Part shown: piece by piece, positions 10,089-20,120 of the stretch
Numbering within the stretch: position 1 is the stretch's first letter
How the letters are laid out: every line of letters starts with the position of its first letter
From: an uncultured Pseudomonadales bacterium
GTDB taxonomy: Bacteria > Pseudomonadota > Gammaproteobacteria > Pseudomonadales > Cellvibrionaceae
Length of the DNA: 64,000 bases
Direction of reading: 5' to 3'
Assembly: GCA_947494095.1 (NCBI GenBank)
Contig: CANLTI010000023.1
Location: 123-64,122, forward strand
Position numbers and translations under genes: made by a program
The notes under the pieces: model-generated
The model's input: the letters and a program-made list of their open reading frames with translations, nothing else
Database searches by the model: none
What the model was told of the DNA's origin: nothing

Positions 10089-10416
10089 TAAAGCCTCCTC
10101 ATCCACTGCGCCAACGTTGTGGGCACGTTTCAGTTAAGTCAAAAACAAACCAAAATCGCTTTGGTTTATCGTTTAAATAAGGTATTGATGTGTCGTTCAA
10201 ATACGAACGATACAAACTCGAAAGCCACCAACTTTACGCCGATGGAGTAGCTCTGGTGCTGGGAGGGTAATAGGCCAATGGCCCGTCAAATAACCGCAAA
10301 ACCACCTTAACATCCATGAGCTACGGATTAAGGCGACACGATTCTACACAGATCAAATTCACATTTCTAGCTAAGCTGCATAAGCAGCTAGCGCAAAACA
10401 GAGGTACAGTGACTAA

Positions 10417-10448
10417 CAAAAACCGCCAAAACCTAGGGTTTTAGCGGT
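10417..10448 (-). terminator. Intrinsic terminator downstream of the M16 peptidase
   Basis: Minus strand ACCGCTAAAACC-CTA-GGTTTTGGCGGT followed by TTTTG. Confidence 0.75.
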
Positions 10449-10459
10449 CTACAGCCACG

Positions 10460-13400
10460 CTAAGGGTACGCTACCGCCGCACTTTTGGCTTTAAAAGCCG
10501 AATAGTCTGTAATATGGTTTACGGCCTCGAAAGCTTGGCTTGGTTGATTTTTGCCCTGTATTACCTCCTGCAGCGCTTGCTTTCGCGCGCTCAATGGCAC
10601 CTCATTTGAGAGGCTAGTTGCGCCATCTTCTAAGTGCAATGCCGCGCTCTTTTGAGCCAGCTGATGATTCACCGAGTACAGCAATAAACCCTCCTCGCTA
10701 GCCATAAAACGCTTATACCATTTTGCAAACACTTCCGGCTCTAATGACTCGACAGTTTTGATCATTTCGGCCTTGCGATTAAACTGCGGGTCATCATTAT
10801 TAATGCTCTGCCAATATTCACTGGCAAGCTGACCTAAATTTTTGGGCGCCTCACTGAGTTGACTCACAATCGCCAGCTGATGGACGTGAAACTGTGTCAT
10901 GAAATCGGGAGTATATTCGGCCAAAAATGTATCGATAGACGCCTTGATTTTTTCTACGCGGGTTTCGGGTGATTGCACCAAAAACACAATGCCCGGCATT
11001 TGTCGCACAGGATAATAACTGCCAAACACAATGTAACCTAATTGCTGCTGTGTACGCAGTTGATAATAAAATGGGGTACTTAGTGTTTGGGCCAGCATGC
11101 TCAGCCTTGCTTGTTCAAGCAATGAATTATTAGCACCTTGCTTATACAGCATTACCGTATTGTCTTTGTGGTCAGCCTTAATGTTAATGGCATGCATTCC
11201 TTGCGTTGTCACGACTTTGGCCTGTGTTTTGGGCTCAAAGTTACGTCCTTTAACCAGTACTTTTTTGACTTGCTTAGCCATCTTTTCGGCTTGCTTTTGC
11301 TCTAAATTACCGGTGGTCAGTAGCGTAACCTCGCTTTGCTTAAACAGCGCTTTGGTAAAAACAATGAGCTCTTCGGGAGTGATTGCCGCCAATTCCTCGG
11401 CTATTTGCTGTGATGGCCAGTAAGGCGCGTAAACCGCTGCGGCCAAATGCCCCATGATTTGACGGTAAGGTGTGGCCTTGAGTTGATTGCGATAGTTGCG
11501 CTCTAACTGGTTTTTGATAGAGAGCACGCCACTGGTTTCGGTTAATTTAGCGCGCCCTTTGCTAAAGAGCTTTAAGCGCTTAAGCGTATAATCTAACAAT
11601 TCATCCAGGCTATCGCTGTAACCACTTAAGCTAAAATCAAGGCCGCGGGCTGTGGCACTCACACCAAAATTAGCGCCCGCCATCGCTGCGGGATAGGTTA
11701 CGGGGTTTAAATCCGCCCGAATAACGTCTGCCAATAGCGCAGCAAGCGCGCCATAGCGCGCACTTTGCTCTACCAAGGCCGACTTTAAACGAATACGCAT
11801 AATCGCTTTGGGTACCTTAAAGTCGGTATTTGCCGCATGCCATGCATTAAAGCGCGCTTGCTTTAGGGTATGCACAGGCAGCGTATCGTGGCTTGTGGTA
11901 AGTTTTAAGCTTTTAGGCACAAACGCGTTTTTCTTTGGCAACGCGCGCTGAGAGAGTAACGCTTTAGCCACCTTTTGAGTTGCTGGTTGGTAATGGGGCT
12001 CTACTGTATAGGGCACCTGATACAAGCTTGTTTGGTTCAGCACCTGTGCTGGCACTTTTGGAGTAACACCTCGCTCCGTAACCGCCACTTCGGGTGCTGT
12101 AACAATGCGCAAAACATTATCGCGCGCCAAGTATCCGCCCAGGTGCTTAATGAGTTTTTCGTCAAAGTCACCAAAGCGGTAATCCACACCAAACAGCAAA
12201 GCGCTATCAATGGTATGCATTTTACCGGCTAAATGACTGGCCTCGGTCATAATGTCGCCGCGCTCTTTAAAGCGAAAATCAATTTCACCTAAATTTTTTA
12301 ATTCATCAAAACGCCACTGATCAATGCCTTGCTTTAGCGCGTCGTCAATGGTTTCAAAAACAAGCGTATCGATATAAGAAAGATTATTTAGGCCTTCGGG
12401 CGTTAAACTCATACTGACAGCAAAGGTATCGCCAGTGCGCCACCCTCCGCCAGTGCCAGCTGACAGCCTAGACGCCCACCCTTGCTGCTGTAGTAACCAC
12501 AGTAAACTCCCCTCTCCTTCATGCCCTAATAAAAAGCCCAAATAGCTCAGCGGTTTTTTCATCCACGCTGTATTTTTAGGGAGCACAAAGCGGTAGGTGA
12601 CTGATCGTACTTCAGTGTTCGGTACAATACTGACAGATGCAGGTAAAAAGCCTTCTGGGTAGACTTGCGCAGGCTCGCTCGGATGAAGTACGTCAAAATC
12701 TTTAATTTGACTAAATAGCGGTACCACTAACGCTTTTAATTGCTCAATAGACTGCTTGCCTGATACCACTAAACGCATATTACTCGCGGCATAATACTGC
12801 TGATAAAAATCAACCAACGCCTTGCGCAGCTCACCGTCTTTATTATGTAAAGAGTCTAGATTACCGGTTCTAAAGCGCGATAATGGATGCCCTTTAACCA
12901 CTAATTGCCTCAGTACATCTTCTTGTCGACGATATTCAGTACTGTATTTTGCCCTAAACTCTGAGTGCACAGCATTGCGTTCACGCTCGACATACTCTTC
13001 ATTAAATAAAGGGGCAATAAAAAACTGGGCAAATCGATCGAGGCCGCCAGCAAGCTGATTGGCTTTAATATCAAAGAAATAATTGGTGTGCTCAAGGCTA
13101 GTAAAGGCATTATGGCTGCCGCCATGCTGCTGGATAAACGCTTGATATTCTTTTGCATCTGGATATTTTTGGGTACCTAAAAACAGCATATGCTCTAAAA
13201 AATGCGCTAAACCAGCACGCTCTAAAGGGTCTTCGCCGCTACCAACATTGACATCTAGCGCGGCAGAAGCTTTATCGGCGTTTTCGTCACTGATTAATAA
13301 AACCGGTAGGTTGTTAGGCAATACAAAGTATTCGACCTGTCGCGTATCGTTAGGGCTTAGCTCTGGCTGCACAAACTGTATAGGGGTAGCCAAAGGCGTT

Positions 13401-13543
13401 TTTGCACTCACATTATCCATCGTATTTTGAGCACTAGCCTCATTTAAAAGTCCAGCCAACAATACAAAAAAAGTAGCATACCGCCTTATTTTTAGCGCTC
13501 TGAGTTTAAGTAATGTTGCTCTCATAAATTTTGCTATGCGCAT
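10460..13543 (-). CDS. ptrA: M16A insulinase-family peptidase (pitrilysin/protease III-like), probably periplasmic; likely start 13543 (GAGG RBS)
   Basis: Inverted zinc motif GLAHFLEHMLFLGT, GGSHNAFTS, ERERNAVHSEF, LRTQQQLGYIV. Confidence 0.88.
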   Translation of the reverse strand: MRIAKFMRATLLKLRALKIRRYATFFVLLAGLLNEASAQNTMDNVSAKTPLATPIQFVQPELSPNDTRQVEYFVLPNNLPVLLISDENADKASAALDVNVGSGEDPLERAGLAHFLEHMLFLGTQKYPDAKEYQAFIQQHGGSHNAFTSLEHTNYFFDIKANQLAGGLDRFAQFFIAPLFNEEYVERERNAVHSEFRAKYSTEYRRQEDVLRQLVVKGHPLSRFRTGNLDSLHNKDGELRKALVDFYQQYYAASNMRLVVSGKQSIEQLKALVVPLFSQIKDFDVLHPSEPAQVYPEGFLPASVSIVPNTEVRSVTYRFVLPKNTAWMKKPLSYLGFLLGHEGEGSLLWLLQQQGWASRLSAGTGGGWRTGDTFAVSMSLTPEGLNNLSYIDTLVFETIDDALKQGIDQWRFDELKNLGEIDFRFKERGDIMTEASHLAGKMHTIDSALLFGVDYRFGDFDEKLIKHLGGYLARDNVLRIVTAPEVAVTERGVTPKVPAQVLNQTSLYQVPYTVEPHYQPATQKVAKALLSQRALPKKNAFVPKSLKLTTSHDTLPVHTLKQARFNAWHAANTDFKVPKAIMRIRLKSALVEQSARYGALAALLADVIRADLNPVTYPAAMAGANFGVSATARGLDFSLSGYSDSLDELLDYTLKRLKLFSKGRAKLTETSGVLSIKNQLERNYRNQLKATPYRQIMGHLAAAVYAPYWPSQQIAEELAAITPEELIVFTKALFKQSEVTLLTTGNLEQKQAEKMAKQVKKVLVKGRNFEPKTQAKVVTTQGMHAINIKADHKDNTVMLYKQGANNSLLEQARLSMLAQTLSTPFYYQLRTQQQLGYIVFGSYYPVRQMPGIVFLVQSPETRVEKIKASIDTFLAEYTPDFMTQFHVHQLAIVSQLSEAPKNLGQLASEYWQSINNDDPQFNRKAEMIKTVESLEPEVFAKWYKRFMASEEGLLLYSVNHQLAQKSAALHLEDGATSLSNEVPLSARKQALQEVIQGKNQPSQAFEAVNHITDYSAFKAKSAAVAYP

Positions 13544-13648
13544 TGTTGCCTCAATGTATTGATTAAAGAATCTAGGTATTGAACATCGTGGGACACAATC
13601 TACCCCCAAGAGTTCTCAGTAATCAATACTACACGGGATAAGGGATGA

Positions 13649-13823
13649 GGCAATAATAGTTTGTCCAATGAGGCGTAGGTTTCTGTTTTCTCGGCAAGGC
13701 GCTCGAAGGGGCGTAGCCTGGGCATGTAACACTTTGAGCAACGCATCGGGGCAGGAGCATAATGTCGAGCAGAGGAAGTAGAGAGCACGCATTATTGGAT
13801 CATGTATTTTTCCTCGCCCCTAA
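13649..13823 (+). repeat. Dispersed modular repeat copy (B-D-E modules, no 33-bp cassette)
   Basis: GGCAATAATAGT..TTCTGTTTTCTCGGCAAGGCGCTCGAAGGG..GGGCATGTAAC..ATTATTGGATCATGTATTTTT matches the reverse complement of 38470-38622; GCAGGAGCATAATGTCGAGCAGAGGAAGTAGA matches 5361-5392. Confidence 0.88.
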
Positions 13824-13983
13824 AGTAAGACCTGCAAAGCGGTTAATGCAATACACCAAAATTTACGCATTTATAGGCCGTTTTGAGCACAACTTTTCTA
13901 TATAACCCTTTTACGCTAAAAACACGTATATCAAAAACATTTAAAAACTTATGGAAAAATGTTTTCAGCGCCAGCGTTTTGAG

Positions 13984-13992
13984 TGTTACAAT
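13984..13992 (+). promoter_or_regulatory. Extended -10 sigma70 promoter of ssrS
   Basis: TG-T-TACAAT immediately upstream of the 6S 5' end. Confidence 0.6.
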
Positions 13993-13994
13993 TT

Positions 13995-14158
13995 AAGTGA
14001 GAGCCGCTGAGGGTGATTCCCTGAGCCGATAAACTTAATCCAGGAGCTCGCTAGCTTATCTTGTGTGCATGTCCGCTTGACGGAAAGCCTAATGGATATC
14101 AGTGTTCTCCCACTTGAACCGTCGGGTTCAAGGCAAGATCCTTCAGTTGCTCTCACTT
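13995..14158 (+). ncRNA. ssrS: 6S RNA
   Basis: Conserved CCCTGAGCCGATA and CTTGAACC..GGGTTCAAGG segments; terminal helix AAGTGAGAGC/GCTCTCACTT; canonical position upstream of ygfA. Confidence 0.92.
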
Positions 14159-14208
14159 TTTACACACTCACACCGCTCAAATACTCCTCAGCTCATCACA
14201 GGCTACAC

Positions 14209-14811
14209 ATGCCTAACGCTTGCGCTACACGCACACTCATCCGCCAACAACGCCAAGCACTTTCTTGCACTCAGCAGCGCCTTGCCGCCCAACAGCTTTG
14301 CTTGCGCATTAGTCGTCACCCGAGTTTTCGCAAAGCCAATCGCATCACGGCTTATATTGCCTCTGAAGGCGAAATCAGCCTAGCCCCCTTAATAAAACTG
14401 GCTCACAAGCAAGGTAAAGCGTGCTATTTACCCGTTATAAAAAAAAGGCCTGTCATTGATCGCGCAGAAACAACAACGCTGATCATGCGCTTTAGCTTAT
14501 TTGCACCGCACAGCAAGCTGATCACCAGGCGATTTGGCCTACTCGAGCCGCAAAAAACATGCTTGATTACACTGAACAAAATTGATTTGATTTTATGCCC
14601 GCTCGTCGCCTTTGATCAGCAAGGCAACAGAATCGGTATGGGTGGAGGGTTTTATGATCGCGCACTCAGCCGTGTACCTAGGGTGCGTAAAAAACGTATC
14701 TGGGGTGTAGCTCATCGCTTACAGCAACACCCTATCACGCCAGCACCATGGGATATAACACTCGACGGTGTATTTACCGATAATGGCGTCTTTACCGCAC
14801 AAAAAGATTAA
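14209..14811 (+). CDS. ygfA: 5-formyltetrahydrofolate cyclo-ligase; start ATG 14209 (the track's start lies inside 6S RNA)
   Basis: IDLILCPLVAFDQQGNRIGMGGGFYDRAL and WDITLDGVFT motifs. Confidence 0.93.
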   Translation: MPNACATRTLIRQQRQALSCTQQRLAAQQLCLRISRHPSFRKANRITAYIASEGEISLAPLIKLAHKQGKACYLPVIKKRPVIDRAETTTLIMRFSLFAPHSKLITRRFGLLEPQKTCLITLNKIDLILCPLVAFDQQGNRIGMGGGFYDRALSRVPRVRKKRIWGVAHRLQQHPITPAPWDITLDGVFTDNGVFTAQKD

Positions 14812-14923
14812 CGCTCTTTTATTCGCCATCGCAACAAATGAGAGGCCCTAACTGTTTGCAACAACAATATTACAACAATTATTGCCGCTGACGACTCACA
14901 CTAACGCTGCTTAGTCGCGTGCA

Positions 14924-15067
14924 CTATTTATGATAAACAGCAAAACCGCGCTGGTGTGGTGCAGGCGGGGCTTCTGGCTCATCAAATACGCTAGATAAGC
15001 CTAAGCTACTGAGTAATAAACCCAGCACAAAAATAGTTATTGCAACGGTTAACACATCTACACGCAT
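14924..15067 (-). CDS. Small single-pass membrane protein, 47 aa (MRVDVLTVAITIFVLGLLLSSLG...)
   Basis: Hydrophobic N-terminal helix plus acidic/Pro tail; no homology check possible. Confidence 0.55.
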   Translation of the reverse strand: MRVDVLTVAITIFVLGLLLSSLGLSSVFDEPEAPPAPHQRGFAVYHK

Positions 15068-15600
15068 AGTGAATACAAACCAAGTGAATACACATTGATA
15101 AAACATAAAGAACTTTTTAATGACAAGCCTATAATAATGACAAGCATTAAAGTAGGTCTACTTTAACTCACTTATTGTGCCCTTAAAAGCCTCTAATGGC
15201 ACAATAAGTATCTAAATCGTTAAAGGCCATTTTATAGAATATCGCGCCACACTTTAGATAACCCCATCATGAATAACTAAACTAAATCATTAACCTCGTC
15301 CCATTTCTCAAAACTTCTTCTTGCTTAGACCGTTAAACCGTCAATTTCCTAGCACAGTAATTAGGTAACACCAAGGCTATTTTGGCGCCAGAAAGCGCTC
15401 GAAACACCCAAGGTTATGCACATTATCTATTTACTTTAAGATAACACCAAAAAAGTCAACCACTTCTATCGCTTCGTCATGCCGATGCACAAATAAAAAC
15501 ATAAAACACTGATTTATATGGCATTATTAATACAGGTTGTTTTTTGATCAATACGCTGAGAGCATTGGTACTACGGGGGTTTCACGCCAATAGGTGCATG

Positions 15601-15635
15601 CTATCCACCATGTTATCCACAGGTTTTGTGGAAAG
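15601..15635. promoter_or_regulatory. DnaA-box triplet (DARS-like core)
   Basis: CTATCCACC(15601-09)-3 nt-TTATCCACA(15613-21, perfect)-5 nt-TGTGGAAAG(15627-35, inverted, 1 mismatch to TTWTNCACA). Confidence 0.65.
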
Positions 15636-16057
15636 TAGCCACATTAGTGTCACCCGTTTGTCACAATGCTTAAGGAGTCAAGCGAAAAAAAACGTCATTT
15701 TTATACCGCTTAACGTTTACCACTATTGACTTAGTTTAAGTCAATATAACTATTCAAGGAAGTCAGTGTTTTTTTGCCCCATTTTGACGCTTAATGCCAC
15801 AAGTATGGTTTTACGACTATGACTGTCCGTGAAACATCAATACTTAACAAAGTCTTTATTTGAGAGGGAGCTGCGTTTACTGTAGAGTTAAGCGCAAGAA
15901 GACCCAATCAATAGCGTTCAATGCTCTACCCAAGTACACAGGAATTCGCATATTTTGACACTCAAGGTCAGTCAAGGTCAGTCAAGGTATGAGTACTATC
16001 AACGGCAAGACTTCACTCTATCGTTTGAGTGATCCTCGAGATCTTTAAGGACATATT

Positions 16058-17519
16058 ATGATGCACCGTTTTACCGCCAAACAAGACCGCGCCTTTTTAT
16101 ACAGTCCTCCATTACATCGCGGGAACCTATTTAAAGCCTTTTTTGCTATGACTCTTTGCGCTATCAGCCTAATGAGCTTTGCCAATAGTGATAAAAATGC
16201 TCTTTTTCGTGATGCCAAGCAGGCCTTAGCCGCTGCTAACTTAGCCAATGCCAACCTTCTTGCCCCTAAAGGCTATAGTAAGGGCTCTAAATCCTTTCAA
16301 AAAGCTGAGGTACTATTTGCCAAACAAAGACCACTCAGCAAAATACAAAAAGAGCGCGCAAGCGACACTAAATAAGGCCTCCAAGCATGCCGAGCTAGCC
16401 CAAATAACGTTTGCCGCCTCGCTAAAAGCACGCAATGATGCGAAAGGCGTGGATGCACAGCGCCTAGCGGGTGAAGCCTGGAGAGAAGCCGAAAAGGCAC
16501 TGTTAGATGCTGCTACGCGTTTAGAGGACGGTAATTTAAAACGCGCCAAACGCTTATCCAATGATGCCGAACAAAGCTATCGCACTGCTGAACTAAGCGC
16601 TATTAAGGCCAGCTACTTGAGTGATGCTCGCCAACTCATTCAAAAAGCCAATGACGAAAAAGTGGCACGCTACACCCCCAAAACACTCCTTAAAGCCAAA
16701 GAAATTTTAGCACTAGCCGAAAAAGAGTTGACCGAAAACCGCTATGATATCGACTACCCTCGCTCACTAGCCAAGCAAGCACACTATGAAGCAAAGCATG
16801 CCTTAGCACTCGCCGGGTTAGTCAAAAAGTTAGATCGCGGAAAGATCACCACGGAAGAGTTTTTACTCAAACTAGAGGCACCCTTAATTAATATTTCAAA
16901 TGCGCTTGATATGGTCGCAAGCTTTGACCAAGGCTTTGACGGTATGGCCGATGATTTAGTCTCTAACATCGAAAGCTTACGTGCTGATGCCTATGAACTA
17001 GGTGAGCGCCGTAAAGAGCTAGCAAGACTAGAAAATGAAATGGCCAGCTTAGAACGGCGCATGGGAGTACAATCTCAACGCTTAGCCGAGCAACAAGCGC
17101 AGAAAGAAAACCTGAGAAAAGTCGATGAGTTATTCAGCCGCGATGAAGCAGCTGTATTAACCGAAGGGCGCAATATTTTAATTAGAGCAGTAGGCTTAAA
17201 CTTTAGCCCAGGCAGCGCTCAAATTAACAGCCAAAATTTTGCGCTACTGCAAAAGCTCAAAACCGCTATTGCCCTGTATCCTCGCTACACCCTACTGATT
17301 GAGGGGCATACTGACTCATTTGGCAGCGATAGCGCCAATCTAAACTTATCATTTGCACGGGCCGAATCGGTTAAGGCCTACTTGCGCGCAAATATTGATA
17401 GCGCAAAAACAATAGAAGCCATTGGCTACGGTGAAACCCACCCCATTGCCAACAACGAAACCCAAGAAGGTCGCACGCGTAATCGCCGTATTGATTTTGT
17501 TTTACGCCCACCACTGTAA
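16058..17519 (+). pseudogene. OmpA/MotB C-terminal peptidoglycan-binding protein with helical N-terminal repeats, split by a frameshift near 16340-16355
   Basis: ORF 16058-16375 has an RBS (AAGGA), a signal peptide and the first helical repeat; ORF 16248-17519 continues in the +1 frame to IEGHTDSFGSDSANLNLSFARAESV..GYGETHPIANN..NRRIDF. Could be a sequencing error. Confidence 0.75.
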
Positions 17520-17623
17520 TCATTAATAGGTCCATTCACCTGTCACTGCAAGAGGGGCGCAGTGGGTCAATGACTCACAACTCCCCAACGGATACCCCTT
17601 AGAGTAGTGACCACTTAAGCGTA

Positions 17624-18322
17624 TTACATTACAGGCAATGAGCTAATATCTAAAGTCTTCGCAGCCTCGGCGATCTTCGCGTGATCATTGCCCTCGTGCA
17701 TAAAAGGCACCGCCCCCAAACAAGGCGCAGGTAACAAAGACTTCAAGGTATTAATATTATCCTCTAAGTGCGGCATATCGCTATCGAGCACATTGGCTAC
17801 CCAGCCAGCCAAAGGCAGGCCGTCACGTAACACAGCCTCAGCGGTAAGCAACGCATGATTCAAACATCCCAAGCGCATACCCACCACCAATATCACAGGG
17901 CTATTTAAATTTTTAGCCAGATCACTTAAACGCTCACGCTCATTTAATGGTACACGCCAACCTCCGGCGCCTTCAATGATGCACACATCTGATTTTTGCA
18001 TCATCACACCTCGGCAAATCCCCTCGATACGCGCCACCTGCAAACGACGCCCTTCAAGTGCGGCGGCAATATGTGGCGCACAAGCCTCGACTAAGGCAAT
18101 CGGGTTAACTTGACTATAAGGCAATGCCGTAGTGGCGCACGCTTGTAACAACAGCGCATCATTATTAGTTAGGCCTTGCTCGGTCGGCTCACAACCGGCA
18201 GCCACCGGCTTTAAAGCACAAGTTGTTTTACCGGCCGATGCCAGCGCCGTTAATAAGGCGCAAGCAATAAGGGTCTTACCGGCATCGGTATCGGTGCCGG
18301 TAATAAACAGGGGTTTTGCCAT
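17624..18322 (-). CDS. bioD: Dethiobiotin synthase
   Basis: FITGTDTDAGKT, LKPVAAG, IEGAGGWRVP, GMRLGCLNHALLT. Confidence 0.97.
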   Translation of the reverse strand: MAKPLFITGTDTDAGKTLIACALLTALASAGKTTCALKPVAAGCEPTEQGLTNNDALLLQACATTALPYSQVNPIALVEACAPHIAAALEGRRLQVARIEGICRGVMMQKSDVCIIEGAGGWRVPLNERERLSDLAKNLNSPVILVVGMRLGCLNHALLTAEAVLRDGLPLAGWVANVLDSDMPHLEDNINTLKSLLPAPCLGAVPFMHEGNDHAKIAEAAKTLDISSLPVM

Positions 18323-18545
18323 GGTGGTTGGTCTCTTATAAATAAAAGGTAGTGATTAAAGGGGTAATGCATGTCCAGCTAAGCCCTGTCCAGCTAAGCC
18401 CATCAATAGGCCCCGTTGTGTACAGATGGGCTCACTCGAGCTTACAGTCGCGCATACAAATATCTAAAAGCTATGGCTGATAGAGGCTATGATTAATAGA
18501 AACTATGATTAATAGAAACTATGACTGAGCCGTGATCAAAATAGG

Positions 18546-20120
18546 CTAAACAGGCTTGTGTAATGCTAAATAAAAGACATCGTAACTGGCTACTATAGGC
18601 GCTTTTTGATCGGCTTTTAGTGGGTAGCTTTGCTCTAGCTGCTGTAAACGTGCACGCGTCATCAAGCCTGCTGGCGCATTGGTATGGCTATTGTGCGCTC
18701 CAATAGCCTTAAGCTCTTTGAGTAAAGGCATTAAGCTTGGGTAATCACATAAGGCTGTTTGCTGAGTCAAGGTCGTTGTAAAACCTGCATCTAGGCACGC
18801 CTGCTCTAATAAAGCACGGCTAGTAAACGCGTTAACATGCACGCACTCATCAATGGCTTGCCAGGCGGTTTTTAGCTCGGCCAATGTGCCCGGCCCCAGT
18901 GTAGCAATCACGGCCCATCCGCCAGGCTTTAACACACGATAAAGCTCACGCATTAATAACGCAGGCATTTCACACCACTGTATCGCTAAGCTACTCATAA
19001 TGCCGTCAACACTCTGGCTGGCAATAGGGAGGTTTTCGGCATCAGCGGCAATAAAGCTAACCGTATTAGAGTCGTTGTGCGAGCGGGCAAAATGTAGCAT
19101 GCCTTGCGCAATATCAACGGCCAAAACGTGCGCAGGCTGCCAATCGTCAAACACACCTTGCGTCAAAGCACCTGTGCCGCAGCCAATATCTAAAACAACA
19201 GCCCTGTCTGCACAAGGCAATTGCTTCAGTACTTGCTTGGCCACTGTTTTTTGTACTCGAGCAAACGCATCATAACGGCTTGCGGCCAGACTAAAGGCCT
19301 CGGCCACTTTACGTTTATTGAGTGCCTGCTGCTGATGTGTTTTGATAAAAATAGTGATCGCGCGCGCTATTTTTTGAGGCGCCTCTAAGGGCAAGCAATG
19401 ACTGCTATGCTCAAGCGTGCAAACTTCGCCAAATTGCCCCAGCGGTATCTGTGCTGGCACCAAGGCATCATGCTGTGCCAATAAATGTAATTGCGGGGGT
19501 TGTAAGTGCTTAAGAATATCGCGAGTATCTTGTTGCAACCACCCTAAGACATCACCCCAAAGCGCATGCTGATGCGAGCCCTGTAATGGCGCGCTTGGCA
19601 GCAAGGCCTGCTGAGTGGCTCGCAGCTCACGCATACTGTGACACCCGGTCGCCTGCAATGCGTTAAAACGCTTAAGTATCAGCGCTGGCTGCGCCATAAA
19701 GCTTTGCTGAAACGGTATAAAATCAGCCTCTGGCATAGCACTTGGCCAATCGCTTTTTGCCACAAAACACGGATTACTAGCGATCGCAATCAACCCAGCA
19801 ATACTCAAGCCTTGGCTAGCGAGTTGCTGAGCCAGTAATGCCGCTACCTGCCCACCTAAAGACCAACCCACTAAATAGGTTTGGTGTATAGGTACATTAA
19901 GCGCTTTAAGTTCATCCGCTAGCTGTACGATAAAATCATCGCACGAGGGCATGCCCGCGCACTCATCACCAAAACCAGGCAAATCAACCACTAGCACACC
20001 CACACTGAGGCATTTAGCCAGCGGCCGCCACACTTGGCCGTTGGCGGCCCAGCCATGAATACACACGAGCACCGGCTGACCCTCTGTGGCCGGCTGCAAC
20101 CAGCGCGCACTATTCATCAT
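18546..20120 (-). CDS. bioHC: Fused pimeloyl-ACP methyl ester esterase (BioH) / malonyl-ACP O-methyltransferase (BioC)
   Basis: N half: CIHGWAAN, GWSLGG nucleophile elbow, HSSHCL. C half: VAEAFSLAASRYD, LDIGCGTG, SSLAIQW, HVNAF. Confidence 0.92.
   Translation of the reverse strand: MMNSARWLQPATEGQPVLVCIHGWAANGQVWRPLAKCLSVGVLVVDLPGFGDECAGMPSCDDFIVQLADELKALNVPIHQTYLVGWSLGGQVAALLAQQLASQGLSIAGLIAIASNPCFVAKSDWPSAMPEADFIPFQQSFMAQPALILKRFNALQATGCHSMRELRATQQALLPSAPLQGSHQHALWGDVLGWLQQDTRDILKHLQPPQLHLLAQHDALVPAQIPLGQFGEVCTLEHSSHCLPLEAPQKIARAITIFIKTHQQQALNKRKVAEAFSLAASRYDAFARVQKTVAKQVLKQLPCADRAVVLDIGCGTGALTQGVFDDWQPAHVLAVDIAQGMLHFARSHNDSNTVSFIAADAENLPIASQSVDGIMSSLAIQWCEMPALLMRELYRVLKPGGWAVIATLGPGTLAELKTAWQAIDECVHVNAFTSRALLEQACLDAGFTTTLTQQTALCDYPSLMPLLKELKAIGAHNSHTNAPAGLMTRARLQQLEQSYPLKADQKAPIVASYDVFYLALHKPV

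Noticed and set aside
15107-16057. oriC
   Set aside because: Only three DnaA boxes, no DUE 13-mers or GATC cluster recognised, and no dnaA/gidA/parAB/rpmH neighbours. Treated as DARS-like instead.
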